Shown here piece after piece: positions 25,916 to 38,989 of a stretch of DNA of 60,000 nucleotides (its first letter is position 1; each line of letters starts with the position of its first letter). The DNA lies in the NCBI GenBank assembly GCA_013239625.1, contig MU053881.1:7897957-7957956 (forward strand), in the 5' to 3' direction. This DNA comes from Lama guanicoe. Taxonomy: Eukaryota. Both the position numbers and the translations under genes were made by a program. The notes under the pieces are model-generated. The model was not told the origin of the DNA. It did not search any database and saw only the letters and a program-made list of their open reading frames with translations.

Positions 25916-27044
25916 AAACACAGTGGGGTGGTACAGTAGTGACTGGGGGCAGGGACAGGAAGAAGGGGCTTCGCAAGTTCAAGGGACAGAAAGGAGATGA
26001 GTGTGGCCAGAGCACAGTGGGTGGGGGAGGGGCACTGGACAAATCAAATCAGAGAGGGAGGCGGAGGCCAGATGGGTTAGAACCAAGATGGTGAATTTTG
26101 TCTGCACTGTGAAAGAAGGGAAAGGATTAAACAGTTACCAAAGTCTATTCCTGGACACCTGAAAAGAGCTCAGGGAGCAGTAACGGGGTTCCTAAAGCGT
26201 GACTGAGCACTGAGTGAATGGGTGGGTTTCTCTTCCAGCAATAAAGATTCCTCCTCGAAGGATGACTGGTGAACGTCTGGAATTTTTTCAGATTCTAACT
26301 TTCCCAAAGTACACGGATAGACTCGGCCTCTCCAGGCACCTTTCTGGCGCCAGAGAGTGGAGGGTGGGATTGGCGAACAATTTTATTGTCATGACACTGG
26401 TCTCCAGCCAGAGAGGAGGGAGGAATGTTTCTTAGAGCGTAAGTCATGACTTCAGAGGAATGATGTTCCAGCATTTCCCAGGAAGCGCTGGTCGCATCTC
26501 ACTGATAACTTGCTTTAAAGTCTTTCTAGTCCAAGTGCTCGTGGCTCCTGGTGCTACGTCATCAATGGCCAATACGACAGAAAGGAAGCCAGACTTGGCC
26601 TTCCCAGCTCCTGTCTGGGGAGCTCTGTAATAAGTTCAGATGGAGCTGGGACAGGGCATCAAATGCTGCGTAGGAGCGTCTGTCCGTCGGTCCTCACCTT
26701 GTGTGGCTAACAGGATGCTCTGTGCAGTCAGGACAATGGGGTGGACACTAGGGAGTCAAGTAGTAGGAAGGCGGGCTTCTAAGAAGAATGGCAGTATAGT
26801 TATGGGTGAGTGAGGGGAGAATTATGCAGAACAAGTACACACCTGAGGGTCAAGCATTTCAGAGCTTTACTCTCCCAGTCCCCAGGCTGGACCAGACTGC
26901 TGAGAGAACTCCCCCAGAGCACCACTGAGGGCACACACAGCATCCGCACCATTGTAAGGGGGCATTCTCCTCCCTGGGCTGAGTTGAAAATCCCGCTAAG
27001 TTGTCCAGGAAGGAAACATGAATGGGAAAATGGTAAGAGTGGCT

Positions 27045-27250
27045 TCTATTTACTGAATGTTTATTCCAGACGCCATGCCAGCGAATTGCTTCACTGAATA
27101 CTCACGGCATCCCAGTGAGGGGGATTCAGTTACCATGCCCAGTTTGCAAGTGAGGAAACTGGGATGTTGAGAGGTGGCCAGGTTGCACAAGACACAGCGG
27201 AGGAAGTGACTTTGGGCAGGACTTGAGCCCAGAGTCTCTGACCCCACAGT
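27045..27250 (-). mobile_element. MIR SINE
   Basis: cccagtttgcaagtgaggaaactggg...caggacttgagcccagagtctctgacc. Confidence 0.75.
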
Positions 27251-27689
27251 CGTTGCGTCCCCCCCGCAGTTCCCATGTAGGGTGGACGGGCAGTTCATCA
27301 TAAGCAGGTAGGTGGAGGGTCTGTGATTTTACACCAGCACTCGGACAGCCCTGGATTTTCTAGTCCAGGCCCCACGTGGATCAGAGCCAGGTTGTGACTG
27401 GTGCCTTGCAGAGTCCAATGAGCACTGCTCTCATTCTGTGGTCTGAAGTTGTTCTCTGCTGCAGCTGGCTTCTGGTCCACCTCAGGCTGGGATCTTGCCG
27501 AGGAGCAGAGGGCAGAGCTGCATGATTTGGCACAGGAGGGAGCAGGAGACCAGGGCAGAGAGACTGCGGAGTCCTGATCCGGACTCCTAGCCAGTGATGC
27601 TCATGCTGCAGCGGTCCCCACGGTGGTGGTGACATAAGGCGACACACAGAACTAGGGAACCTGCGCACCTGTGGGGCTGGGCAGGTCAT

Positions 27690-27980
27690 CTGAGGGACAG
27701 AAGCCAGCCCCGTGCGCGTCTGTCTTCCATCAGAGGGGCAGCTGCTGCTCAGCTTCTGCCTGTTAGGACCCGTGGTAACGTGAGGCTTGCATACTCAGAT
27801 CTTCCTTTTTCTTTTTTTTTTTTAAGTCAAGGCAGAAATTTAGATTTTTAAAGGTGAGATTTATCTTTAAAATGTTGGCAACTAGTTTTAAAGAAGTGTT
27901 TTTAATGTTGCGCCGGGCACACCAAGTACGTCTGTGGGCTGAAGGGAGCCCGGGGGCTGCCTGTCTGAGACTTCTGCAGT
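27690..27980 (-). mobile_element. MER102-like hAT-Charlie element
   Basis: aggggcagctgctgctcagc...taaaatgttggcaacta...acgtctgtgggc...tgagacttctg. Confidence 0.65.
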
Positions 27981-30719
27981 CCAGTGCTGGGTCAGAGCAG
28001 GGGCTTTGGGGCAGTCAGCACTGGGTGCGAATCCTTGCTCTTCTCCTTCCTGACAGTTTCCTAAATGACTTGACATCCTGACCAAACAGGGATCCTAATG
28101 CCACCTCGCTGTCCGGTTAAAGAGGTAATGTTTTCGAAAAACGTCCAGTACAGGGCCTGGCGGTTTGCGGAAAGAATGCTGCTCTTCTTGCCCTTCTGTG
28201 GGGTAGTTGTGAAGGTGAGCTGCCCAACTTTGCTCCTAAGAAGAGAGGAAGGTGCCTTAGGGGCTCTTCATAGAATCTCCGTGGTCCAGGGCTGGAGAAA
28301 TTGCAGCTTTCTGTTTGCCAGGAGGATTCTGACAGTGACTTCCTTACCAGGAAGGTCAAAGGATGCTGTGAGCTTGTGGTCCACAACCTCAGCACCACCT
28401 CCAGGACAAAAGCAAGTGTCCCTAGAGCTCAGGCTTTAACATAAACCCTCTTATTCAGCATTTCTCCCCAGTTGTCCTGGCAAATTCTTCAGCACCTCTG
28501 TTTCTCGCTTTGGGCATTGCAGCATCTATGTTTGGTCTTATAGAAAAGGGCCTGAGATGGGGGCTTCCTGGCATGGAATATTCTGGAAGTTCTTCCTTGC
28601 CACTCTCTGGAGCAGCAGAGTCGTTTTCCTGGGGAGGTGCGCTTTCCAAACCAGAGGCCATCTTACACTTTCCTCTGGTCTCAGGCTACTGTCTGAATCT
28701 TATAGAAGGAGTGACAGGTAGCGGAGGGTTTGTTCGCCGAGGTGCAGGATAGCCAGAGTAGGAGACAGATTTAGAAATTAATGCAATCCATAGAAAGCCA
28801 AACTGCTCCACAGCCTGCCCCAGCCCAGCAAAGGGCTCAGACAGAACCACAGACCAGCACCCACAAAGAACGCCCCACGATCCTAAAGTAGTTTATCAAA
28901 AATTACAGCACAGGATTCCATTCGTAACACACAGCAAACGTTCTCCGAATTCTCTCCAAACCTCACGTGTCGGGCAGCTGCCCCTGCTTCCCAGCTTCCT
29001 CCAATTATTCTTCCCAGTGTAGCCTGAGCTGCTCCGCCCTCCTTGCCCTGCTCTCTTACCTCCCAGATCTAGTTTCTTCCTAACTCTGCCTTTCCCATGC
29101 AAATCAGTCTCACCTTCCTGGCTGCTCCTGGTCTGCGCCTCTCCCCAGAACTCCGGGCAGCAAAAGCAATCTGCCCTGGAAGGCCAGCGCAGAGAAGGGC
29201 CGTGACTCCCCACGCCTCGTCGCGTTAACACAGTGGATGTCCCAGGCTCTGGAGAGCTTTTGGTAGGAGAAGAGCTGAGAAGCAGTCTGAGGACCAGACC
29301 TCGCATTTGAGACGAGGGCAGTCCCCACGTCTGCCGTAGCACTCATCTCATTGGCCCCTGAAGACATCCCATTCCCCCTACCCCGTGGAGCACCCTTATG
29401 CCCTGGTCTTTTCACTCACGGCACATTATAGGGACATTGTTTTCTATAGCCAATCTCATCTTGAGCTCAAGCCTCCATTCTGCCGAAAGGGAGGAAGTCC
29501 CCGACCTTTCCGATGAAATGGAGAGCCGCCTCTTTCTACTTCAGTAGTCTCTTTGGGGCACAGGGGGAAACTATGCACCTCTCATGGCAGGGATGGAGGT
29601 GAGATCTTAGATCCGTGTGCTGGCCCCATCCCTCCTGGCCACCTGGCACCATCGCTGACGCCCATGGCTGATCTAACGTGTGGTCTCTCCTCTCAGCACA
29701 GTGGGGAGTTGTGATGACCCCCACTGCACCCTCTAAACCCCGGCGCCACCTACCTTCTCTGTGTCTCAAGTGTATTTTCCTTCCAGCCACTAGCTTACTC
29801 CTCCTTCTGCTAAGGGGTCCTGTCGCCTCCACGTGATAACCTCATGATGGGCCCACCAAGCTCCCTACTCGTCACCGCCTTCCACATCCCCCGCCAGAAG
29901 CTTGTGGGCACTTTTCAGACTCTGCTTTTCCACTCTCAGCTCTGATTCTCAGTTCTCTCTGCCTAAGCCCAACCATACTGCCATTTTCAGGCTTCCCGAG
30001 CTAGGTGGGTATTTTGACTCTGGGTTGAGCGCTCTTTCGGTGGCACCAACCTGCCTCCCCTACTAGGGCGCCCTTCTCCTTGTTGGGGCTGTGAATTCAC
30101 CCCCAGGGCACCATCGGCTCTGCCAGTCTGCTCCCCTGTCCCTTAAAGTGACTATAAGGTGGAAACCATGAAATCAGCAGCTGCAAGAACGGCAGGAATT
30201 CTCCCTCAAAAAGACACAAATCCTGGAAGCCAGCAGTTAACGCTGAAATCAGTGGGAGCTTCATTTAATCTTTTTTTTTTAATGATTGCCAGCTATGAAT
30301 GTCTGGGAGGTAGCCAACGATCCATTGTAAGCACTAAATAAGCTGTAAGTCAAACCTCTCTATTGATGGCAGTGTGATGTTGAACTCACTCAACTTAACA
30401 ACCTACATTGAAGAGACAGATCACTCATCCCTAGGCCTCTCCAGAGGCGGTTTGGGAAAGCAGCACATGGATATGTAAGTGTGTATACACGTGTATATTT
30501 AATGGAGTGCAGAAAACCTGGCTTAATAATTGAGGAGTGTTTTGCCTTCTACCCTTCTTGCTGGAAAACCTGCCCAGCCCAGAATCCACAAGGCCTCTGA
30601 ACCCAGTAGGAGCCTCCTCTTCATCCACTGGGCTTGGGAGAAAAGCTATGGAACCTACTCAGGCCCCTGTCTGTGCAATACACTTACCCAAGGAGAAAGG
30701 ATGGACCAGCCCGCTCCAT

Positions 30720-31330
30720 TGCCTCCTCCAAGCCCCCTTCAGCTCCCACCGGGACTTCTATGAAAGCTGCCTAACCAGTCTCCTTGGCTCCACGCTGCCC
30801 TCTACCATCCACGTCCAAGGAGAAGCCAGAGCGGTCTTCTGAGAACCAAGGTCAGATGATGTCTTGCCTCTGCTTAAGCCCACCTCCACTGGTGGCCCCT
30901 CGTGTCTTCAGTAAGATCCCAGTTTCACGCCATGGCAGATGAAGCCCAGCAGTTCCGACCACTACCTACTTCTCTGACGTCTTCTCACACCTTTGCCCAG
31001 TGCTCTTCCTAAGCTGCAGCCTCTTCTGGCCTTCTCGCTTGCACTCAGAACAGGTCAGGTTCTCCCTGCCTCTGGGCCTTTGCTCAACCTCTGCCTAAAT
31101 GTCCAGCTTTTGACTTAGCCCATCATTCAAGTCTAATCTCAGATGTCACCACCTGCTTTATTTCTTTTAACACATATTTCTATCTGAAGCGACTTGTTTC
31201 CTGAATTATGGTCCCTCTCCCTACAGTGACAGGTTCCCGAAAGCAAGGACTTCTGTCTTGTTCACAGGTATCCCCAGTACTTAGTGCTGCTTGGCTCAGG
31301 GTTGGCGTCCCCGTGAAACTTGGTTAATAA
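30720..31330 (+). mobile_element. L2 3' region
   Basis: tcagatgatgtc...ctgcctctgggcctttgc...ctcagatgtcacc...tcttgttcacaggtatccccagtacttag. Confidence 0.8.
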
Positions 31331-31951
31331 GACTGATTCCTCTTCCCCTGCTACCTGGTGGTCTCCTTTACCAGTTGAGAGACAACCGCATTGAAATGTA
31401 TCTCCAATTTAAGCACTCATTTTTTAAAATTCATTTGTTCAGCAGACGTGCTGAACGTTCCCTACTATTTGCCCGCCTGTGTGCCAGGCACTGGGGCCAC
31501 AAGGCAGGCTCTGACCTCAAAGAGTTCAGGATCTAGAAAACTCCGTGACATTTGTTCAACATGATAAGAAATATAACAAAGATGTGTGTCATGTACTCAG
31601 GGATTTCAACGGTGGGATTTCAAAAGGAGATTAACCTTGGGCTGTAACTTGGAGGATATATAGGAGTTAGGCAAACAGAGGGTTGAGAAAAAGCAGAGAA
31701 AAAGCAAACGTGAGGAGGCCCAAGGGAGCCTGGTGAATGTCCTCCATGTGGCTGGAGTAAAGGGTTCCCGTGAAGGAGAAGCAGGAACCAGAAGGCGACA
31801 GGGACGAGATTGAGAAGGACCTTTATAATATTCAGGAGTTTGAACTTTGTCTTGAAACTTTTCAGAAAATCACACTGGCCCCAGTGGAAAGGATGTGTCA
31901 GAGGGAAAAAATGCTGGTCTTAAAAAAGACTGTGGGTCTGGACTAGGGGAG

Positions 31952-32748
31952 TGTGACAGTTTCCCGAAGCTGCTGGAACAAATTATCACACACTGGGTGG
32001 CTTAAAACAGCAATTTGCCCTCTCTCAGTTCGGGAGGACCGAAGCCCAAAATTAAGATGTGGGTAGGTCTGTGCTCCCACTGGAGTCTCCAGGAGAGCCT
32101 CTTCCGAGTTCCGGTACTTCGGGCATCCCTTGGCTTGTGGCCGCATCACTCCAATCTCTGTCTCCATCTTTACACTGCCATCTTCTCCTCGTGTGTCCCT
32201 GTCTCCCTGAGGTGTTTTCCTTCCTTAGACCATCAGTCATGTTGGACGAAGGCCCAGACTAATGACGTCATCTTGATGACATCTGCAAAGACCCCACTTC
32301 GAATCACGGACACATTCACAGGCATCGGATGGGTTTAGTCCTTCCAGGCTGCCATAACAAAATGCCACAAGCTGGGTGGCTTATAAACAACAGAAACTTA
32401 CTCCTCCTAGTTCTGGAGGCTGGGACGTCCAAGGCCTAAGGGCTGACTGGTTCAGTGTCTGGCGAGAACCCTCTTCCAGGCTGCAGACTGCTGACCCGTC
32501 CTGGCATCCCCACACGGCAGAGACAGAGCTCTGTGGGGTCTCTTTTATAAGAGCAGTGGTCCCATTCGTGAGGACCGCACCCCGCTGGCCTCAGCACTTC
32601 CCAAAGGCCAACTCCTAACACCACCACGTCGGGCATTAGGTTTCAACATATGAATTCTAGGGGGACATGAAGATTTAACCCATAGCACAGGAGTTTTAAT
32701 TTCAGTGTATCTTTGGGTGGGGCGGGGTACATAATTCAACCCATGGTT
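31952..32748 (-). mobile_element. MaLR LTR (MLT1B/C-like), split by a second LTR
   Basis: tgtgacagtttccc...acaaattatcacacactgggtggcttaaaac...catctgcaaagacc; end cataattcaacccat at ~32731-32745. Confidence 0.85.
32330..32687 (-). mobile_element. Complete MLT1A-like solo LTR
   Basis: TG...CA termini; ggctgccataacaaaatgccacaagctgggtggcttataaacaacagaaa...gtttcaacatatgaatt...ccatagca. Confidence 0.88.
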
Positions 32749-34278
32749 AGGTGTGAATGGAAAGAAGAGGGCAAATTTTATTCCATTGACTAGAAATGGA
32801 TTCAGTAAGTCTTAGAAGTTAAGCAGACGTGCAAGTTTGAAGGAGAGGGAGTCATTGAGGGAGAGTCCCATGTTTTGGGTTTATGCAGTTAGTGGAGGGT
32901 GGAGCCACTCATTAAAACACAGAAAATATACAAGACAGAGCTCATGATCCCTTTTCCTCATCTTCAGGTATTAGCCCATTGTTCAAAGCCATCTCAGTAG
33001 CCTAAAAAAAAAAACCCTGAGAGAGGAAGAAATGACACGGGAGCCAACTGCTTGAGTCAAGCAAGAGGGAACGTTACCTTCCTCAAAATGCAGACCAGAA
33101 GCCGAAATGGAAATCAGATTACTGAACTCAGTTGATCTCTTAAAAACTAGAGCCACAGACACAACCTGAGTTCTCCTTGTGGAGGAACAGGAAGGAAACC
33201 TTTTTTCCCAGCCGGATCTATCGACTCTTCATTCATTCGAGAGCCAGGTTGAAATCAATGGTGTCTTGTTTGGTTGGAAAAACCTTAGAAAAGGGAGGCC
33301 AGCTCCAGCCACAGAGCTTATTTCTGAAGAGCCTTCTCATGCACAGGAAACAGCAGATCTGCAGGTCCAGCACCCTCTGCGTCAACCCCAAGAATCCGGG
33401 GCCTCGTTCCGACGTGGGCCATCCGGTGCCCGTTGCCGAGCCTCTTTGATGTGCGGACCAAACACAACCCACTTCCCAGGGGCATCGGTGCCTTTCAGCA
33501 TGTTTACCTGGAGGCCGTGGTTCTCTGCAACATCCGCCCGTGCTTTGAGAGAGAGTGGGGCGGAGGTGGGCGGGGGACCCCCGTGAAAAGGCCAATTGAA
33601 TCTGCAGGCGGCAGACACAGGCGATGATGCAGTATTTCAGCAGGGGTCTGGGAGGAAGCCTGGGTTGCGGTGCGGAATGAAATCTACCTTCCTTCTTCTT
33701 AGAACCCACTTCCACTATGGAAGGCTTCCATCACGTGATGGCTTACTGGGGCTGAGACAGTGCCAGGTCAAGGCCAAAGAGAGTGTGACCCACCACATTT
33801 TGCAGGTCGTTGACAGATAGGCTTCCTGGCCCTCACACTCTGTATTTTTTGGCCATTTTTCCTCCCTTAGTTTTCTGACAGCTGGAAAGTCTTGTATGGC
33901 TTAGCTGGCCTTGACAAACCTTCTCTTGCCCGAGGCGGGGAAACCACCTCTGCTCTTTAATCTGACCCAGCTAATTGGCCCTGAGGAAGTTGTGTAGAGA
34001 GAATAGCCATCTATGACTCTTGCCACATACATCTCCTAAGTACAGGAGACACAGGGTGGCCAGAGCCTTCGTGTAAGTCTGTTATGGCCTCTTGACCTCC
34101 GAGCAATAATAAACGGTATTCTCGCAGGCTGTCCGGGAGATATGAAGACGTTTTGTGAGAACATCTGGCATTCATTGACTCAGGAAAAGGAAGAAAAAAA
34201 AAATCACAAGCCCTGGGACAGAATTTCATTTTCTTTTCATGTTGCCATGTGGGTGAAGGAGCCCTGCTCTGTCTTTAA

Positions 34279-34285
34279 GCGCGCG

Positions 34286-34316
<31 letters not shown>
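34279..34316. repeat. (GC)4-AT-(GT)n alternating purine-pyrimidine tract
   Basis: Directly visible, 38 bp uninterrupted alternation. Confidence 0.95.
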
Positions 34317-34318
<2 letters not shown>

Positions 34319-35911
34319 GGGAGGGAGGGGGTGCTGTCCTGTGAAGTTTTCTCCGTGCTGCCCTCTGGGAAGACCTGGGTCACAGATTATGGATTCTCTA
34401 GGTTGGTTAGGGGACACCAGGGTACGCAAGCTTAAAAAGGACAAGAGCCCGGAGGGCTAGCATGCAAGCTCGCGCTCTCTCTTCTCTCTCTCCCTCCCCT
34501 CTCCCCCGCCCACCACGTCTATAGAACAACCTGGCTCATAAGCTCAAAACCAACAAATTGAGATCTCCCCGTGGAGTGCTGTGGAAGTTCACTGCCAAAC
34601 GGGGTGGATTTTTCCTCCTTCCCACAGGATGAGCATATGCCTCCTTCCCTCTCCTCAAAAGTTGGCCTCTCTTTGATCAGTGAGTTCAAGTCAGAATAGG
34701 TCTCAGGTAGCCAAAGTGGCTTAAAATGTTAGCAAACAGTGGGATCCCTTTTAATTTTTAAAGGGAACTCTAATTCTACCCTTTATGACTTGGTTAATTA
34801 TCCTGAGCCCCTGAACAGCTGTCTATTGATTCCAATTAACATGATTGACATCTCCTCTGGAAGGTAAAAGCTAATCAGCTACAGGATCCCCCACTGAGAA
34901 TTCATTTCCTTCTTGGAGTCACTCCTGGGCAGGAGGAAACTTAAATAGAGAATTGAGATTCAGCACCCACAGCTCTGACTTAGTCTTTTATATACAGCCC
35001 CACAGTGTCTTGTAAAGGGGAGAAGAAAAAAAGGATAGAAGTTTAAAAAAAAAATGGCAAATTACTTTGAACCAAACTAACGTTAATTCTGTTGGCTTTC
35101 ATTTCTCTTCCTTTCCATTTTTCATGAATCTAAATTGATCCCTTGAATGTTTGATTTCCTTTTCCTTTCCTGTTCTAAAGGACCCACAAAGTCTACTCTT
35201 GATCAGTTCTGACAAGTTCAAAAGTTGACATGAACTTTCTGGTACAGCCAACTTTAAATTTTCCGTATTTTTTCCCCCAGTGATTTGGATACAGATCTTG
35301 ATGGCTTTCTTGTGGTATTTTCAGATTAAAAAAAGAAAGAAAGAAACCAAGTAAGAGAGAGATTATGTCAGATAACAAACGAGGGCCAGAATGATGCAGA
35401 CTCTAAATATGAAACATAAAAAAAGAAAGAAAACCAGCAAATTCACTCAACACACATTTCTGGCTGTTATGTGCCAAGTGCTTGGAAACTTCTAGAAGGG
35501 GGTGGATGTGATCCGGCTTTGATACCTGTGGCATCTCCTTCTCTCCACACATATTCCTACTAGTCAGAAAGGACATCTAAGTTACAGTTGGCAGCAAGCG
35601 CAATACGAACGGTGTTGGGTAGTTGCAAAAAAAAAAAAAGGTGATATTATAGACTGCAGAGTATCCAGCTCAAAGGGGGCAGTGGTTAGGCAAATCCTAA
35701 CGTTAATTGGCATTTTATTTGACTATAAGTTTTACTAGGGCAGACACAGCGTTGGCCTGGCTGATCCCCGCATTCCGACAGCATAGCACAGGGCTTGGCA
35801 TGTCACTGATACTGAGTGGACATTTGTTGAATGAATGAATTATCTGGGCACAGAACCAATAATTTCAAAAAAGCATGGGCCAAAAGCTGGTCACAGACAA
35901 TAATTATCGGA

Positions 35912-35965
35912 AAGATGGATGGATGAAGGAATGAGTAGATGGATGGATAGATGGACAGACTGGAT
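35912..35965. repeat. Degenerate (GGAT)n
   Basis: gatggatggatgaaggaatgagtagatggatggatagatgg. Confidence 0.8.
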
Positions 35966-37328
35966 AAAGGGATATAAGAGGAAATGAGATGAGATTCTGT
36001 TTTGGACAAATATAGGATAACTAATAATGGATAACTAGATATAAGATAACTAATACGGCTCAGTGTTTACCCTCAAGAAAGAGCTCATAGACTTCGGATA
36101 TTTGTACCCAAGAAGATACAACCCAGCATTGAGTAACTCTCCTTTAGTTAGTTTTGGGCAGTAAGTGAGAACAGTGAAGGAGCCCTTGGCATCCAGCATT
36201 ACGGTCCAGCAAATCCAGGGTCTACTGATGCATTTATTCGATCCCTTTGCCGCCTGGAGAAAACACCCTTCCACACGCACCTCTTATTTCACTCTTTGGA
36301 ACCAGGTCATTTACATAAAGGAGAAATGGGGAGGAAAGAACACAGCCAAGAAGGAGTAAAGGGCGCAGCTAAGCCAGGAAGCCAGCGTCCGCTCCTGACG
36401 TTGCAGGGCTGCCGCCTCCCTGGTAAAGAGCAAACGCTCCTGGCAGCATTTCTTGACCAAAAGGAAGCCAAAGACAACAAATGAAAACAATACCGCAAAC
36501 CCACCCTGGGACCTAGAGAAACACTTTTATTGTGTTTCTCTTTCACCCACTTCTGAATTTAGGGTTTCGTCTAGCAGACTGAAGCGTGCTGCCTGTCATT
36601 TGTCAACCCCAAATGCCAGTTTCCACGTCTTAATGTCACGCCTCCTCACCACTACAATCAATCTGTGGACAATGAGGAACTTCCCAGTTTCCCTGCAGGG
36701 AGTCTGGAGCCTGAGCCTGGACGTCCCGGAGGGAAACCAGTGCTCCTGATGCTTCCTTTCATGACCATTTGAAAGACTGCCATCCCTCTGTGTGCTGGGC
36801 CATCCTCTTCACTGCTCCCCTTCTGTCGTCAGTTGGGTTTTCTTGCTCATGTAGCTTTTCTGAGGGGCAGAGGAGGGGCTCGGTAACATAAGAGACCCAA
36901 AGTCAAACAAAGCAATAATACCTTTGTAAATACCCTTAGGCAGTAGATACGCATGCTGACCTGCTCTGGTCATTGAGGGCCTCAGGGCTCCTATCTTTGG
37001 AGGAGCCCCATGCTCCCACCAGAGCAAACGTCGTGAACTACGCTTACATCACACGTTAGATAGTATACATTTTCAGAGCAGTTAAAGCACTTTTTATAAT
37101 TTTGTTTCTTATCATTTTGACTTTATACTTTTTTGTATATTAGGGCTAATCTATTTTCCAGCTGCAAACATCTTCCCATGACCTGAGAAAGCTCACGGGA
37201 CGTAGGCACCGACTAACGCAGAAAATGACCCCTCTCCCCTTAGCGATTCCAGGGCCCCCTCGCAGGCTGCTGGCTTTCATAAGCATGTTTCCTGACTGTC
37301 ATCTCTGTTCAGTTAAGCTGGATTTCCA

Positions 37329-37815
37329 TTATTCATTCATCTGTTGAGGGACACTTAGGTATATGTATTCAATAGAATACTACTCAGCCATAAAAAGAAA
37401 AAAAATGAAATTTTGCCATTTGCAGCAACATGGATGGACTTAAAGGGCAGTATGCTAAGTGAAATGAGTCAGGCAGAGAAAGACAAATATTATATATCGC
37501 TTATACATGGAACCTAAAAAACACAACCAACTAGTGAATATAATTTTTTTGAAAAAAAAGAAGCAGAGTCACAGAACAAACTGGTGGTTACCAGTGGGGA
37601 AAGGGAAGGGGGAGGGACAATACAGGGGTAGGGGAGGAACAGTACAAACTATTAGGTATAAAATAAGCTACAAGGATGTATTGTACAACACGGGGATTAT
37701 AGTCAATATTCTATAATCACTATAAATGGAGTAGAACCTTTAGAGATTGTGACTCACTATATCATGCACCTGTAACTTACATACTATTGTACAGCAACTA
37801 TACTTCAGTTTTTAA
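37329..37815 (+). mobile_element. 5'-truncated, 5'-inverted L1 (3'UTR)
   Basis: aatactactcagccataaaaag...tttgcagcaacatggatggac...caactatacttca; 37329-37360 is antisense L1; TSD aagctggattt at 37315-37325 / 37816-37826. Confidence 0.92.
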
Positions 37816-38989
37816 AAGCTGGATTTTCAGTCAACCACAGAGGGTCCAGCACTCTGCTGGTTAGGGCATCACTCGACTTCCAAGGGCCCCAAGCTGTGGC
37901 CTGTTTTTCGGGGTTTTTTGCTCAGTCAAATCTAACACTCCACATTTCAAGAATGGCATCTTAACTAGGTGGGGCATTTTATTCCAAGTAGCTGAACCAC
38001 TGGGACCAGGGAGCTGGGTTCCCTTTTTCCAGACTGTGATTCCCTCCAGACGAATCCCATGCCATTTGCAGAGATGAGATAGAAGAGATAACTGTTAACA
38101 ACTTAATATGATTATTACCTGAAGCAAAAATACTGTGGTGTTTAATATGTATGACCATACTGGAACTCGCATCTGACCTCGCTTTTTATGCTCAAAGCTT
38201 AAAAGTACAAACAATGTTAAATCCTTGGCAGCAAGCCTGGAAGTGGTCTGTAGGCAAACTGGATAACTGTTGCTGTGAACGGCCAGATGGATGGTGATGC
38301 TTAAATTCTATACAGTCTGGTTGAAGAAAATTTGTCTCCTTTCTTTATTGTCACACGTCATCTTTCACCCCAACCAGATGACCAGTTTCACCAAGGCAGA
38401 GGTTGTCTTGTATTTTGAGGAGCTGTATTCAGTAAAAGATCACTAAGAGCAAAAATAAGAAATAGTAATTTTTTTAAAAATCAATTATCGAATGCTTACC
38501 AAATCACTGGTTCTGCTACCGGAATGTTTTATACCTTATCCCATTGGTCAAACGTTTAGGCACATCTTTGTAGAAGGGCTGATGATTCTCCGCTGAAGAA
38601 TAAGGAAACTGAGGCTTTGAGGGGTGAAGTCTGAGATCACCCATGAACAGGGTGTGAATACTCAGACCTTTTTTCTGCTGCAAAGTCTGTGCTTTGAGGG
38701 GCATTCAAAGAAACTGAGTTTGGGGGACAGTATGTGAATCTTTTGAGAGCAGTGATGGAGCAGAATTTGACCCTTTCTCCCTTCCACCAACACTTCTTAG
38801 ACACTGTGCTAAGTTGACTTGCTCTCAAGTCACTCATCGCCTGGAAGAGGGTATGACCATACCAGGCTCTCCTGTGGTACAGTGGGCTGAGGACCATCAT
38901 AGACCCATGTCCTGGTTTGCTGTAGCACAGGGGAAAGAATGGCCAAGAGTGTGAAGGCAGCCCAGTATCCCAGTGCAAAAAGAGACAAC

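Larger units (their letters stand above)
31425..32930 (-). mobile_element. L2 element split by nested MLT1 LTRs
   Basis: cattt...attcatttgttcagcagac...tgtgccaggcactgggg at 31425-31500; L2 text resumes after 32750. Confidence 0.7.

Noticed and set aside
28455..28661. Protein-looking 68-aa ORF (MASGLESAPPQEND...)
   Set aside because: Short, not recognised, and without supporting splice or promoter context.
33179..33715. Overlapping 135-160 aa ORFs on both strands
   Set aside because: No recognisable homology or clear exon boundaries; expected in GC-rich sequence.
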